Shown: positions 19,813 to 30,265 of the stretch, in pieces
Layout of the letters: every line of letters starts with the position of its first letter
Position numbering within the stretch: the stretch's first letter is position 1
IMG/VR virus record: IMGVR_UViG_3300045988_139374
Coordinates: 128,001 to 192,000 of that record
From: a virus
Reading direction: 5' to 3' (one strand)
Length of the DNA: 64,000 nucleotides
Position numbers and translations under genes: made by a program
Notes under the pieces: generated by a model
The model's database searches: none
Told to the model about the DNA's origin: nothing
What the model saw: the letters and a program-made list of their open reading frames with translations, nothing else

Positions 19813-20266
19813 CATGGATTCAGATGAAGATTTAATGAGAATCATTCAGCAAGTAGAAGAAGAAAACGGCGCTACTCTAGCAATGGCAATTCCTGCCGTT
19901 ACCTTTGATGACGATCCTGACGAAAAGATATATATTCTTCTCCTTACAACATATGATTCAGAATATAATTCTAGAGATTGGTCTGTTAGTAAGGGCAGAC
20001 AGAACACTTATAACTATCTCAAAGGATTAATCAAGGACGAAATAATCGATCCTAATCTATCTTTTATTATTGTATGTGATACAGATACTACAAATCCTAT
20101 TAAGCCTAATGCTGTTCCTAATTCTAAACCTATTACAGTATTTAGATTTATGAAAGTTATGCTTGATAATATGAAGGTAATCGATGATATGGATGGATTC
20201 GATATCAATGATTTTAATCCATCTGAACAAGTAGGAGATAAAACTATTCTTGAGGAGATATTATAA
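19796..20266 (+). CDS. hypothetical acidic protein
   Basis: Start is ambiguous: ATG 19796 abuts the SD, and TTG 19805 and ATG 19814 are in frame. The track start 19742 overlaps the previous gene. Confidence 0.45.
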   Translation: MLNLYNMDSDEDLMRIIQQVEEENGATLAMAIPAVTFDDDPDEKIYILLLTTYDSEYNSRDWSVSKGRQNTYNYLKGLIKDEIIDPNLSFIIVCDTDTTNPIKPNAVPNSKPITVFRFMKVMLDNMKVIDDMDGFDINDFNPSEQVGDKTILEEIL

Positions 20267-20296
20267 TAATAGAAAGGCATGAAAGGAGTAAATATT

Positions 20297-21169
20297 ATGT
20301 CTTATTTTGCACCAAATTATAATGTATATCAAGCGCTAGTGAATGGATCGTTACCTGTAATTAACGATAATGAATCCAAAGTAAGTATTCCTGAGAGTTT
20401 TAATCTTCCCACTTATGCTACTCAGGAAAAGAAATCTGTAGCTCCTAATTTCAAATCTGCAATTATCGAAGAGAAACCTATTACTGAAGCTTCTATTGAT
20501 TTTTCTAGTCTTGTGTCAAATGTTCCTATGGAGGATTATGTAAGACAACAGTTTGAGATCTCTCCTGTAAATGATCCTCATGATGTTATTGTCTATAATC
20601 AAATTCCTCAGGTGCCCGTTGCAGGCTCACTTATTAATAATCCCATTCCTGACAGTATCTGTAATGGTAGAAAAATGTCTAACTGGTTTACTAGAATGAT
20701 TGATCAGCGAGGCGAGGATTTCATTACTATTGGAAAAATTTCCGTAGATGAAGTTGGTAAGAATGTAGATAAAATTATTGATGATATCATTGCTGGCAGA
20801 GTAGATTTCTCTAAGCATGGTAAATATATTATTGAACCTATCATCATTGATACGATTCTTGATTATTGTGCTAATAAGGTTAATCTTAATACTGCTAATC
20901 TTTATACTCAGAATTATTTCTATTCTGATTATGTCAATCGTATTAAGTATATGCAAACAGATCCTGAAAGATTTGGTATTCTGAATACCAATGATAATAT
21001 GATTAGAAATATTGTGAGATCCATGAGCATGGCTGATCGGGATATTGGTATTTATACGATTCTGTATAACAAGTTTATGACTGTTAAGAATACTAAGAAT
21101 GCAATGGTTCTTATTAGTCTTAACAGCGAGCTTAATGCTTATAGAAAACTTGCTAAAAATAATAAATAA
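20297..21169 (+). CDS. hypothetical protein
   Basis: GAAAGGAG precedes ATG 20297. Confidence 0.55.
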   Translation: MSYFAPNYNVYQALVNGSLPVINDNESKVSIPESFNLPTYATQEKKSVAPNFKSAIIEEKPITEASIDFSSLVSNVPMEDYVRQQFEISPVNDPHDVIVYNQIPQVPVAGSLINNPIPDSICNGRKMSNWFTRMIDQRGEDFITIGKISVDEVGKNVDKIIDDIIAGRVDFSKHGKYIIEPIIIDTILDYCANKVNLNTANLYTQNYFYSDYVNRIKYMQTDPERFGILNTNDNMIRNIVRSMSMADRDIGIYTILYNKFMTVKNTKNAMVLISLNSELNAYRKLAKNNK

Positions 21170-21183
21170 AGGAGATAATTTAT

Positions 21184-21696
21184 ATGAATAAAGAAGAAGT
21201 GCTTTATCTGTTTGATAAATATAAGGATCGTCCTATTGAAATTGATACCGGCGACTCTGCTGCAGTCCTTCGTGGAAATATTGATGGTCATTGGCTCTTT
21301 CTGAAGGGCGATTCTGTTGTCGAGGTTAAGAAGAATACTCCTGATGGATCTTTTAATATTGCTAATACTAATCAGCCTCAGTGTCCTTTTAAGGTTACTA
21401 TGCTAAGCTTTGGCGATATTGCATATATTAGATCCTTCATTAATTCTGATCCTGGTGATGTACAGAAACAAATTGGTGATCTTGAGCCCATTGGCACTTC
21501 TAAGAATATGGCAGATATTCTTAAAGAAATCAAAACCGATACTATTTATAATGCATCCTCTGCAACTGGATCCTTGAATACTGAAGCTACTGCACCTGGC
21601 ACTATGTATGGTAACTTTAAAGGAACTGTTCTCTCTACTGAAATTGGAGGCATTCCTCAAAATGTTGTAGATAAGGTTCTTACTCCTAAAGAGTAA
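21184..21696 (+). CDS. hypothetical protein
   Basis: SD AAAGGAG. ORF from the track. Confidence 0.55.
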   Translation: MNKEEVLYLFDKYKDRPIEIDTGDSAAVLRGNIDGHWLFLKGDSVVEVKKNTPDGSFNIANTNQPQCPFKVTMLSFGDIAYIRSFINSDPGDVQKQIGDLEPIGTSKNMADILKEIKTDTIYNASSATGSLNTEATAPGTMYGNFKGTVLSTEIGGIPQNVVDKVLTPKE

Positions 21697-21884
21697 GTAT
21701 AGATTTACACCTCCTGCAACATAAAAATACTGATTATGATTGTGCCTAATTTTCGTTTGCTAAAATGAAAATTGAGCATATATTATAATAATGAACAAAA
21801 GCAATATCTCACTTGCTTAAGTTCATGTCCGATCTTCCACACTTTTAATTTGCGCAAATTAAAAAGACAAAGGAGTAAACAACA

Positions 21885-22775
21885 ATGATGAACAACATGT
21901 ATCCGAATGGTTATGCAATGCCCATGGGTGCTGGCTATCCTCAGCCCGCTGCACAGCAGACCGGTGGTAACACTAACTGGCTGAGTCCTGATAAGGTCGC
22001 TCGTCTGAAGAAGGATAATACTCAGTTTTCTCTGAGTGTTTCTGATGAAGAGCTTCTGCGTGGCCAGTGCAATCATTATAACTCTGATCGTACCTCTGCT
22101 CTGGTTGAGAATCCTGATGGTAGTTATACTTGCTCTATCTGCGGTACTACTTTCAATGTTCATACTGGTACTACTGAAGATGTCAAGACTGCAGTTCAGC
22201 TGGTTCTGGATTATATGAACACCTGCAAAACTAGCTATCTGTCTCTGAGCCCTGATGCTGCTCTGACCTATTTCCAGATTATTCCGTTCCTGGAGAAGTT
22301 CCCTGGCCTGTATGATCTGGCTATTAAGGATTATGCAAAGCATAATAACATCAATCCGATGCAGGCTCAGAATGGTATGAACACTTTTGCAATGTATGCA
22401 AATCTGATCAACAGCCCGATGTATGCTCAGCCTGGTATGATGGGTGGTATGCCGATGGGTGGTTATCCCCAGCAGCCTTATGCTTATGGTGCTCCTGTCC
22501 AGCAGCCTGTCATGAACACCAATATGCCTCAGCAGCCTGGTTATAATCCGATGTATGCTCAGCCCATGCAGCCTGCAGCTCCTGTCCAGCAGCCTGTTGC
22601 TCAGACTGGTTATCAGCCTGCACAGACCGGTTATGCATTCAACCCTCAGGGTCCTGCACAGCCGATCAATACTAATATGCCTCAGCAGCCTGCTCCTGCA
22701 GCAGCTCCTCAGGCACCTGCTGCTCAGCCTGCAGTTACCGAAGCAGTAAAGGTTCCTGAAACTTTCCAGAAGTAA
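21885..22775 (+). CDS. CTG-codon-rich protein with a Cx..CxxC motif and a Q/P/M/A-rich low-complexity C-terminal half
   Basis: SD AAAGGAG. Codon style differs from neighbouring genes (CTG, GGT, CAG). C-terminal repeats MPQQPGYNPMYAQP.. The antisense ORF 21783..22343 is an artefact. Confidence 0.6.
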   Translation: MMNNMYPNGYAMPMGAGYPQPAAQQTGGNTNWLSPDKVARLKKDNTQFSLSVSDEELLRGQCNHYNSDRTSALVENPDGSYTCSICGTTFNVHTGTTEDVKTAVQLVLDYMNTCKTSYLSLSPDAALTYFQIIPFLEKFPGLYDLAIKDYAKHNNINPMQAQNGMNTFAMYANLINSPMYAQPGMMGGMPMGGYPQQPYAYGAPVQQPVMNTNMPQQPGYNPMYAQPMQPAAPVQQPVAQTGYQPAQTGYAFNPQGPAQPINTNMPQQPAPAAAPQAPAAQPAVTEAVKVPETFQK

Positions 22776-22825
22776 TTTCTAAGTAAAGTTCATATAGCAA
22801 CAATCGCATCGTCATAATAAATATT

Positions 22826-22866
22826 GGAGTGGAGGATTCATGTCCTCCACTCCTTTATTTATTATT
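22826..22866 (+). terminator. rho-independent terminator
   Basis: 11-bp stem GGAGTGGAGGA / TCCTCCACTCC followed by TTTATTT. Confidence 0.7.
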
Positions 22867-23062
22867 TTTAATACTAATAGATTATAGAACAATCATTTAC
22901 CAAAATATAAAATTTGGTAAATGATCTTATGTAGAACTCAACAATAATCCGAAATTGGGTATCCAAGGAAAGATTATTTTCATATAAAGCAAAATTAATT
23001 TTTTAATGAACATGTACACATAATTATGAGAAAAAGAATCTAGAGAAAGGAAAAGACTGAGA

Positions 23063-24253
23063 ATGATTAAGAATAATATCAATTGTGAAGATATGCCTTA
23101 TGAAGCTATCGATGTTATGAGTGATCATAACTACGTAGATTATATGGGCAAAACAATTGGTAATGCTTATGTGCTAGGAAAAACTACTCCACATGTAAAA
23201 CCAGATGGTAGTATAAAAATTAGATATCTTTGCAAGTGTAATCTTTGTGGTAAAAAGTTTATTGCTTATAGAGATGCCCTTACAAATCATATTAAAGGAA
23301 AATATATTCGTCCTTTATCTTGCGGATGTGATATAGAAAGAAAGCCTATTACTTCAGGAGAGAAAATTGGTAAACTTACAGTAGAAAGATTAATAAAAGA
23401 TGGAAAATCTTCAGAAGATAGATTCTGGATTTGTAAATGTGAATGTGGACGAGAAGTTGAAAAGAGAGAAAGCAATCTTTTAAATAGAACAATTAAAGAT
23501 TGTGGAATGTGCGGTAAAATTAAATCTGTACATGAGCCATATAAAGTAGGACAAAAACTTGGAATGCTTACAATCCGAGAAGTGCATAATGCTGGAATTG
23601 TAAGTACAGAATATTATATTTGTGATTGTGACTGCGGTACAAAAGGAGTTGTAAAGAAATATACCCAGCTTAATTATAAAGATGCATCTTTAAATTGTGG
23701 ATGTGTTAATGTTCAAAAAATGAAGAACCTTCATGATAAAACTAGAAAGCATGGTTTATCTGATACTAGAATTTATAATACGTATAAAGATATGATTAGA
23801 CGCTGTTATTGTAAAACAGATGATCATTATAAAGATTATGGTGGCAGAGGTATTTATGTTTGCGACGAATGGCAGAAGAAAGATAATTATAGTGGGTTAA
23901 AAGCGTTTGTTGATTGGGCATATAAAAATGGATATAATGATAATTTGTATATTGATCGTATTGATGTAAATGGCCCATATTCTCCTAGTAATTGTAGATG
24001 GGTATCAATGATTATTCAAGCAAATAATAAAAGAGATAGCGTATATATCACCGCTAATGGAGAAACATATACATTAGCGCAATGGGAAGCAGCTTCTGGC
24101 ATTAATCAAAATACTATTAGAAGAAGGTGTGAAAAAGGATATGATCCTCATACTGCAGTATATACTCCTACACCTACAAACCATGATTGTGTAAATGCAA
24201 TCTATTTTGTAGATGAGTATAATAATCCTATAAGTCAATTCGATAAAGAATAA
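23063..24253 (+). CDS. multi-zinc-ribbon repeat protein with a C-terminal HNH_3-like (IDRID..NCRW) module; possible free-standing homing-endonuclease-like gene
   Basis: Repeated G.K.G.LT...W.C.C.CG modules (CKCNLCG, CKCECG, CDCDCG, LNCGC). C-terminus: TRIYNTYKDMIRRCY..YGGRGIYVCDEW..IDRIDVNGPYSPSNCRWVS. Confidence 0.45.
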   Translation: MIKNNINCEDMPYEAIDVMSDHNYVDYMGKTIGNAYVLGKTTPHVKPDGSIKIRYLCKCNLCGKKFIAYRDALTNHIKGKYIRPLSCGCDIERKPITSGEKIGKLTVERLIKDGKSSEDRFWICKCECGREVEKRESNLLNRTIKDCGMCGKIKSVHEPYKVGQKLGMLTIREVHNAGIVSTEYYICDCDCGTKGVVKKYTQLNYKDASLNCGCVNVQKMKNLHDKTRKHGLSDTRIYNTYKDMIRRCYCKTDDHYKDYGGRGIYVCDEWQKKDNYSGLKAFVDWAYKNGYNDNLYIDRIDVNGPYSPSNCRWVSMIIQANNKRDSVYITANGETYTLAQWEAASGINQNTIRRRCEKGYDPHTAVYTPTPTNHDCVNAIYFVDEYNNPISQFDKE

Positions 24254-24273
24254 ATGAGAGGAGTTAATAATTA

Positions 24274-26643
24274 ATGGCAAAACTTACCGCTGAACAAATC
24301 AAGAATATTGATAGCTATGATAAGGACATTACCCATATTGAAGGTACGATCAATGCTATTCGAGCCCGTGCGGGCATGTACGTTGGCGCACTTGAGCAGT
24401 TTGCCGCGATAACAATGTTTAGAGAGATTTTTCAGAACTCTGTTGATCAGATGCTTTATGATAAATCTCCTTGCAACTTTATTTCTATTCTTTTTGATGA
24501 GAGAGATACTAAATTTATTATTACAGATAATGGACTGGGGATTCCATATGATAAGCTTGTGGCCGTATTTACGGAGGGACACACAGGCAAGAACCTCACA
24601 GAGAAAAAAGAAGGAGATTATTCTGCTGGATTAAATGGTATTGGTGCTAAAGCAACTAATGCATTGTCTGAGTATTTCGATGTCAAGTCTTATCGCTATG
24701 ATGGTACTTGTAAGCATGCTTTGTTTAAGAAAGGTGTCTTGAAGAAAGAAGAGATTATTAAGAATCCTGAAAAACTTCAAGGTACTAGAACAGAATTTAC
24801 TCCTGATCATAGTATTGTAGGTCCGACTCCTGTTGAACCTGCAGAAGTTTATACTCTTGTAAGAGATACTCTATCTCTGCTGCCTATTGGTGTTACTGTT
24901 GACTATACTTCTATTAATAAGCGTGGTAAGACTTATCATGAGAAGATGGTCAATGAAGATGGTATTGCTACCAATATTCTTGGTAAATGCGCTAGTATGC
25001 TAGTGTCTCCTATTATCATTAAAAATGATAATGGCCATATGAAACTAGAGTGTGCATTTACTTTTGACCAACAGGATCTTGGCGGTGAAGATGTCACTGC
25101 ATATGCTAATATGTGTCCTACGAGTAGTAGCGTATTGAATACTCATGTTACTGGTACTTTGGATGGTATTTGCACATGGTTTGGAAATTATATTAATAAG
25201 ATTTATTTGACAGATAGAGAGAAGAATAAGATTAAGATTGTTCCTAACGATGTCAAGATGGGTCTTAAGGTAATGATTTCTGCATGGCATTTGGAACCTC
25301 AATTTACTGGACAGGCAAAAGAAGTTTTAAGCAATCAAGACTTTAAGCCTTTTGCAAAAGAGACTATTATTAATGGTCTAGATGCATGGGCTAAAGCAAA
25401 ACCTCAAGATTTGCTGAAAGTTTGTAAATTCCTGAAGGATTTGGCACTTGTAAGAATTAAAGCAGATAGTGAAAAGGTTAAAGTAACCGCTAAGTATGCT
25501 ACTAGTGCTACTACTGGATTACCTGCTAAATATGTAAAGCCTTCTACCAAAGATCCTAGTAAGATTGAGCTCTTTATTGTAGAGGGCGATTCTGCATTAG
25601 GCTCTGCAAGATCCGCAAGAAATGTTGAAACACAGGGTATTTTCCCGATTCGAGGTAAGATTCTAAATGTCTTTCAAGCAAGTCCTCAAAAGATTGCCGC
25701 AAATAATGAGGTTATGGCAATCACTCAAATTCTGGGAGCCGGGTATGGTAAGCACTTCGATATCTCAAAACTTAAGGTATCGAAAGTTATTTTTATGACG
25801 GATGCCGATTCAGACGGATCTCATATTGCAGACCTTCTTCTGCTTGTATGTCTGAAGATGTTCCCTGGCTTAGTTGAATCTGGTAGAGTCTATAAAGCAG
25901 TTCCTCCGCTTTATGGTATTCCTATGGGAAAAAATCGTATGAAGTATTTTGCAGAGCGTGTTGACTTTGTAAGATATATGCAGAAGGAATATTATAAGAA
26001 GAATTCTGTTACAGATCTTAAGGGTAAACCGATTGATTCTGCTACCTTTACTAGAATTCTAATTGAGAATTCCGATTATATTTATGACTTCTCTACGATT
26101 GCTGAAAGATATAAGGTTAATCCTATTCTATTGGAAATTGTTATATCTTCCTATATCAAGAAGGAGAAGTTTGAAACTCTGCGTAAGAGAATTACTTCTG
26201 AATTCAGATTTATGGAGAATGACAATGTCACTAAGATGGGTGATACTATTAGAATCAAAGGTTTGATTAATGGAAGAATTGAAACTATCTTCTATAATCA
26301 GAGATTTATCGAAGATTGTGATCCTTTGATTAGACCTATTAAAAAGGCAATGAGTGAAGATCATATGAGATTTATTGTCAATGGTCAGAAAGTTGGTTTG
26401 TATGATATGGTATCAATGGCTATGAATACTATTGGCAATATGAACCGATTTAAAGGTCTGGGTGAGATGAATGCTGACCAGTTGGCTGAATCTACTATGA
26501 GTCCTAATACTCGTACTTTGATTCAGTATACTGTCGATGATATTAATGAAACTACTAAGATCATTCGCCAGTATGATTCTAATAAGAAACTCATTCTTCA
26601 AGAAACTGGTGTTGTTGATCGTAGTGCGCTGATCGGTTTGTAA
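24274..26643 (+). CDS. type II DNA topoisomerase, ATPase/Toprim subunit (GyrB/ParE / T4 gp39-like)
   Basis: GHKL region (GLGIPYD, GLNGIGAKA). Toprim motifs LFIVEGDSALGSA, FPIRGKILNV and MTDADSDGSHI. Confidence 0.8.
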   Translation: MAKLTAEQIKNIDSYDKDITHIEGTINAIRARAGMYVGALEQFAAITMFREIFQNSVDQMLYDKSPCNFISILFDERDTKFIITDNGLGIPYDKLVAVFTEGHTGKNLTEKKEGDYSAGLNGIGAKATNALSEYFDVKSYRYDGTCKHALFKKGVLKKEEIIKNPEKLQGTRTEFTPDHSIVGPTPVEPAEVYTLVRDTLSLLPIGVTVDYTSINKRGKTYHEKMVNEDGIATNILGKCASMLVSPIIIKNDNGHMKLECAFTFDQQDLGGEDVTAYANMCPTSSSVLNTHVTGTLDGICTWFGNYINKIYLTDREKNKIKIVPNDVKMGLKVMISAWHLEPQFTGQAKEVLSNQDFKPFAKETIINGLDAWAKAKPQDLLKVCKFLKDLALVRIKADSEKVKVTAKYATSATTGLPAKYVKPSTKDPSKIELFIVEGDSALGSARSARNVETQGIFPIRGKILNVFQASPQKIAANNEVMAITQILGAGYGKHFDISKLKVSKVIFMTDADSDGSHIADLLLLVCLKMFPGLVESGRVYKAVPPLYGIPMGKNRMKYFAERVDFVRYMQKEYYKKNSVTDLKGKPIDSATFTRILIENSDYIYDFSTIAERYKVNPILLEIVISSYIKKEKFETLRKRITSEFRFMENDNVTKMGDTIRIKGLINGRIETIFYNQRFIEDCDPLIRPIKKAMSEDHMRFIVNGQKVGLYDMVSMAMNTIGNMNRFKGLGEMNADQLAESTMSPNTRTLIQYTVDDINETTKIIRQYDSNKKLILQETGVVDRSALIGL

Positions 26644-26649
26644 AAGCAA

Positions 26650-26695
26650 AGGAGAGACTAGTAGCACCAAATAACTAGTCTCTCCTTATTTTTAT
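26650..26695 (+). terminator. rho-independent terminator
   Basis: 13-bp stem AGGAGAGACTAGT / ACTAGTCTCTCCT followed by a T-run. Confidence 0.7.
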
Positions 26696-26711
26696 TTAAG
26701 GAGAAGATGGT

Positions 26712-27308
26712 ATGTATATTGAATATCAACGTATGCATCTTGGAAAAGAACCTATCACTTTTATCACTGAAGAGTTTTGTGATTCTTATCGTAACAGCGG
26801 ATATTTATCAACAAGGCTTCAATATGGAGCTATTCTAGCTTTTATTAAAGATTTCTTTAAAGATACAGATATCTTTAAGTATTATGAATATAATATTGAA
26901 ATTAAGCATATCAATACTAATAAACTTTCATCTAAATCTATTATAGATAGCTATAAAGAGAAGTCTGAATGCTCATCTTCACGGGTTGAAAAGTTTAAAG
27001 TACGTATAAGATCTGCTGAATATGGCAGTGAGGATTACGAATGTGCAAATTTTAAATTTTGGCTTAGTGGAACTTATATTGTAAAATACGAATTCTGTAA
27101 TCCAGACTATATGAAGCAGCTCTTTAGAGATAAATGGCCTATTGAAGAAAAGGTAAAAAATAATTCTTCAGATGACAATATTGGTACAGTTACCATAAGT
27201 GATAAAGATCAAACTGTAAATGGTACAAGTTTAGTTATTGAAAATCAAGCTAATGAATTCATGCAAACGATGAATTCTAAATTCATTAGAAAGAAAGGAG
27301 AAAATTAA
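26712..27308 (+). CDS. hypothetical protein
   Basis: SD AAGGAG. ORF from the track. Lies between the two topoisomerase genes. Confidence 0.5.
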   Translation: MYIEYQRMHLGKEPITFITEEFCDSYRNSGYLSTRLQYGAILAFIKDFFKDTDIFKYYEYNIEIKHINTNKLSSKSIIDSYKEKSECSSSRVEKFKVRIRSAEYGSEDYECANFKFWLSGTYIVKYEFCNPDYMKQLFRDKWPIEEKVKNNSSDDNIGTVTISDKDQTVNGTSLVIENQANEFMQTMNSKFIRKKGEN

Positions 27309-27310
27309 TT

Positions 27311-27799
27311 ATGGAAGCAAAATGGGTTGAGAATGAAAATGGTAGAGTAAGCATTGCTACTTATACTAGAGAAGATATGTATATGAGGCCTTGCGTACAA
27401 GATATCTATGATAATCTTCCTGAGTTTAATGATCCTATTCAATGGATTATGTATATTCATCCCAATGCAGATTGTACAGTTCAGGATGTCCTTGACTGTC
27501 TAATCAATGATTATTCTAATATTGACACTTTGCTATTTGCTCAAGCTGGTACTATTTGCCCTATTCCTGCTAGTGGGTCTATTGCAGAAGGCAAAGAATT
27601 TATCTCTAACCAAAAGAATCTTTTGACAAATTCTATGTTTGATCGAATTTCGTTTAATCGTTGCATGGAGCATTCTTATGGAAATGATTGCATTTATCTC
27701 TTCCATAATGATACTGCAGAAAATTGGATTAAAAATAATACTGGAGAGAACAAGATTATTGATTATTCCTCTGGAGAATTTGCAGAATATAATAAATGA
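27311..27799 (+). CDS. hypothetical protein
   Basis: SD AAAGGAG. ORF from the track. Confidence 0.5.
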   Translation: MEAKWVENENGRVSIATYTREDMYMRPCVQDIYDNLPEFNDPIQWIMYIHPNADCTVQDVLDCLINDYSNIDTLLFAQAGTICPIPASGSIAEGKEFISNQKNLLTNSMFDRISFNRCMEHSYGNDCIYLFHNDTAENWIKNNTGENKIIDYSSGEFAEYNK

Positions 27800-27819
27800 A
27801 AGTCGGGTGCAAATAAATA

Positions 27820-30189
27820 ATGGCCGAAGTAATTCGTCAAAATACAGCTCATAAGCAGTATATCGAAGATCTGGCTCTATATACTATTGCAACTAACTTG
27901 GTTCGTGCATTACCTGATGTGCGAGATGGATTGAAACCTGTTGCAAGACGTATTCTTTATACTCTTATGAATGATGAGAAAGCTATCGATCCTGCTCATC
28001 AGGTTAAGTCTGCTGCAGTAGAAGGTACCGTTATGAAGAAATATCATCCTCATAGTGGAACTTATCCTACGTTCAAGACTATGGTAAACTGGTTTGAAAT
28101 TAAACAACCTATGATGATCGGACAAGGATCATTTGGTACAGTTTCTGGTGAAGTAGCATCTGCACAAAGATATACTGAGTGTTGCCTTAGTCCTTTTGGT
28201 CTTGAATGTGTTTGTGGAGCATTGTTCAATAGCAATGAAGTTGTTGACTGGAATCCCACTTATGATAATAAGAACTATGAACCTCAGTATCTTCCAGTGA
28301 AAGTTCCTCTGCTTCTTATTAACGGTATTCTTGGTGGTATTGGTACTGGTATCAAAGCAGATCTTCCTTCTCATAATATGGGAGAGGTTATCGATGCTAC
28401 ACTAAGATTGATTGATGATCCTAAAGCAGATGTAATTCTGATTCCTGATCATTGCTTACCTTGTGAAATCATTGATACTGATTGGAAAAATATCTGTAAT
28501 AAAGGATATGGATCTTATCGTGCTAGAGCAACTATGAGTGTTTCTCATGATAAGAATGATTATCCTTATATTACGATTACCTCTCTTCCTATATATGGCA
28601 CTAATAATGTCGTAAATAAGATTGATGAAGGAATTGCAGCAGGTAAATTTCCTCAGATTCTTGATGTCAACGATGAATCTAAGAATGACTATGGTGTAAG
28701 AATCGTCATCAAGTTGAAAAAGGGTACTGACGTAAACTTCGTTAAAGAAGCTCTATATAAGTATACTCCTTGCGAGCAATCTTTTAGAGTTAACTTTGAA
28801 GCGGTCTATGGTACTGAGCTGGTTCGTCTGTCTTATAAGGAATATTTGAATCTGTTTATTAGATTTACTACTGATAATAAGATTAAAGAATATTCTGCGA
28901 GACATTATGTAATCTCTACCAGATTGCATAAGTTGGATGCATTCATCAAGATTGTAGGATCTCCTGATATTGATAAGATTATTAATCTTATCAAGAAAGG
29001 AAAAGCTAGTTCTGATAATGAATTAATTGAGCTTTTGATTAGTAAATATAAGCTGACCGATATTCAGGCATCTTATATTATCAATGCTCAGCTTAAGCAG
29101 CTATCTAAATCTTATCTTGATAGATATAAGGCAGACTTTAAGAAACTAAGTGAAGAAGAAACATGGCTAGAAGGTAGAATTGCTAATAATAATCTTATTC
29201 TTCAAGATGTTAAGGATGAACTGATTGCTATTAGAAATAAATATGCTACTCCTAGATTGTGTAAAGTTATTAAGGTTAGTAATCTTGGAAATATCCCTGA
29301 AGGAACATTCAAGTTTGTTATTACTGAAAACAATTATGTCCGTAAGATTGGTGAGAATGAAAATGTGAATGTAATTAAGGGAGATAGACCTAAGTTTATT
29401 ATGACTGTAAGTAACTTGGAGAATATTCTTCTCTTTGATAATAAGGGAAGAGTATTTAAACTTCCGATTCACAAGATTCCCATCATGGCAAAGAATGATC
29501 CTGGCATTGATGTCAAGGGTATTATTAAAGGATTGACTGCTGATATTATTTCTGTACTTTATGAGCCTATGGTTATTAAACTTGCAGCTTTAAAACAGAA
29601 AGTATATGTTGCAATTCTATCTAAGAATAATACTATTAAGAAACTTGATATTCAGGATTTCCTTAATGTACCTCCTTCTGGTATCATCTATTCTAAGATT
29701 ACTCAGGATGATGATATCGTAGATACTCAGCTTGTATCTGATAATATGGATCTGGTTCTATATAGTGACACGAAAGCTCTAAGAATTGCTTCTACGGATA
29801 TTACTCTTCTTAAACGTAACACTATCGGAACTCTGGGAATGGGAGGACAGCATGGACCCATGGAAGGAATGAGTATTATCTATACAGATAAGAAAAATCC
29901 TTCTAAGTATATTCTTGTCATTACTGAATCTGGTAAGGTTAATAAATTCTCTGCTAGTGGATTTGAAAGAAGTCAAAGAAATAAAGCTGGTAGTAAAGTT
30001 ATTGATCTTGCTAGAGGTGACCGTATTAAGACTATCTTTGGAGTTTCTGATAATAATGTTTTGAATATCGTTACTACAGGAACTAATTATAGTCTGCCGA
30101 TTTCTGAGATGCAGATGATGAGTTCTGTAAGCAAGGGAATTAAGGTTACTGGTAAGAATGAGATTGTTGTAAGAGCTACGATTTCCTAA
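27820..30189 (+). CDS. type II DNA topoisomerase, breakage-reunion subunit (GyrA/ParC / T4 gp52-like)
   Basis: RDGLKPVARRILY, KYHPHSGT, and AQRYTECCL (position of the active-site Tyr). Confidence 0.8.
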   Translation: MAEVIRQNTAHKQYIEDLALYTIATNLVRALPDVRDGLKPVARRILYTLMNDEKAIDPAHQVKSAAVEGTVMKKYHPHSGTYPTFKTMVNWFEIKQPMMIGQGSFGTVSGEVASAQRYTECCLSPFGLECVCGALFNSNEVVDWNPTYDNKNYEPQYLPVKVPLLLINGILGGIGTGIKADLPSHNMGEVIDATLRLIDDPKADVILIPDHCLPCEIIDTDWKNICNKGYGSYRARATMSVSHDKNDYPYITITSLPIYGTNNVVNKIDEGIAAGKFPQILDVNDESKNDYGVRIVIKLKKGTDVNFVKEALYKYTPCEQSFRVNFEAVYGTELVRLSYKEYLNLFIRFTTDNKIKEYSARHYVISTRLHKLDAFIKIVGSPDIDKIINLIKKGKASSDNELIELLISKYKLTDIQASYIINAQLKQLSKSYLDRYKADFKKLSEEETWLEGRIANNNLILQDVKDELIAIRNKYATPRLCKVIKVSNLGNIPEGTFKFVITENNYVRKIGENENVNVIKGDRPKFIMTVSNLENILLFDNKGRVFKLPIHKIPIMAKNDPGIDVKGIIKGLTADIISVLYEPMVIKLAALKQKVYVAILSKNNTIKKLDIQDFLNVPPSGIIYSKITQDDDIVDTQLVSDNMDLVLYSDTKALRIASTDITLLKRNTIGTLGMGGQHGPMEGMSIIYTDKKNPSKYILVITESGKVNKFSASGFERSQRNKAGSKVIDLARGDRIKTIFGVSDNNVLNIVTTGTNYSLPISEMQMMSSVSKGIKVTGKNEIVVRATIS

Positions 30190-30200
30190 ATGCAATATAA

Positions 30201-30237
30201 ATGGGTAAGGGAGTAAATCCCTTACCCATTATTTTTT
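30201..30237. terminator. terminator between convergent genes
   Basis: 12-bp stem ATGGGTAAGGGA / TCCCTTACCCAT followed by a T-run. Confidence 0.65.
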
Positions 30238-30265
30238 ACTTAAATAATCTTTAGACTAAGAAGTT

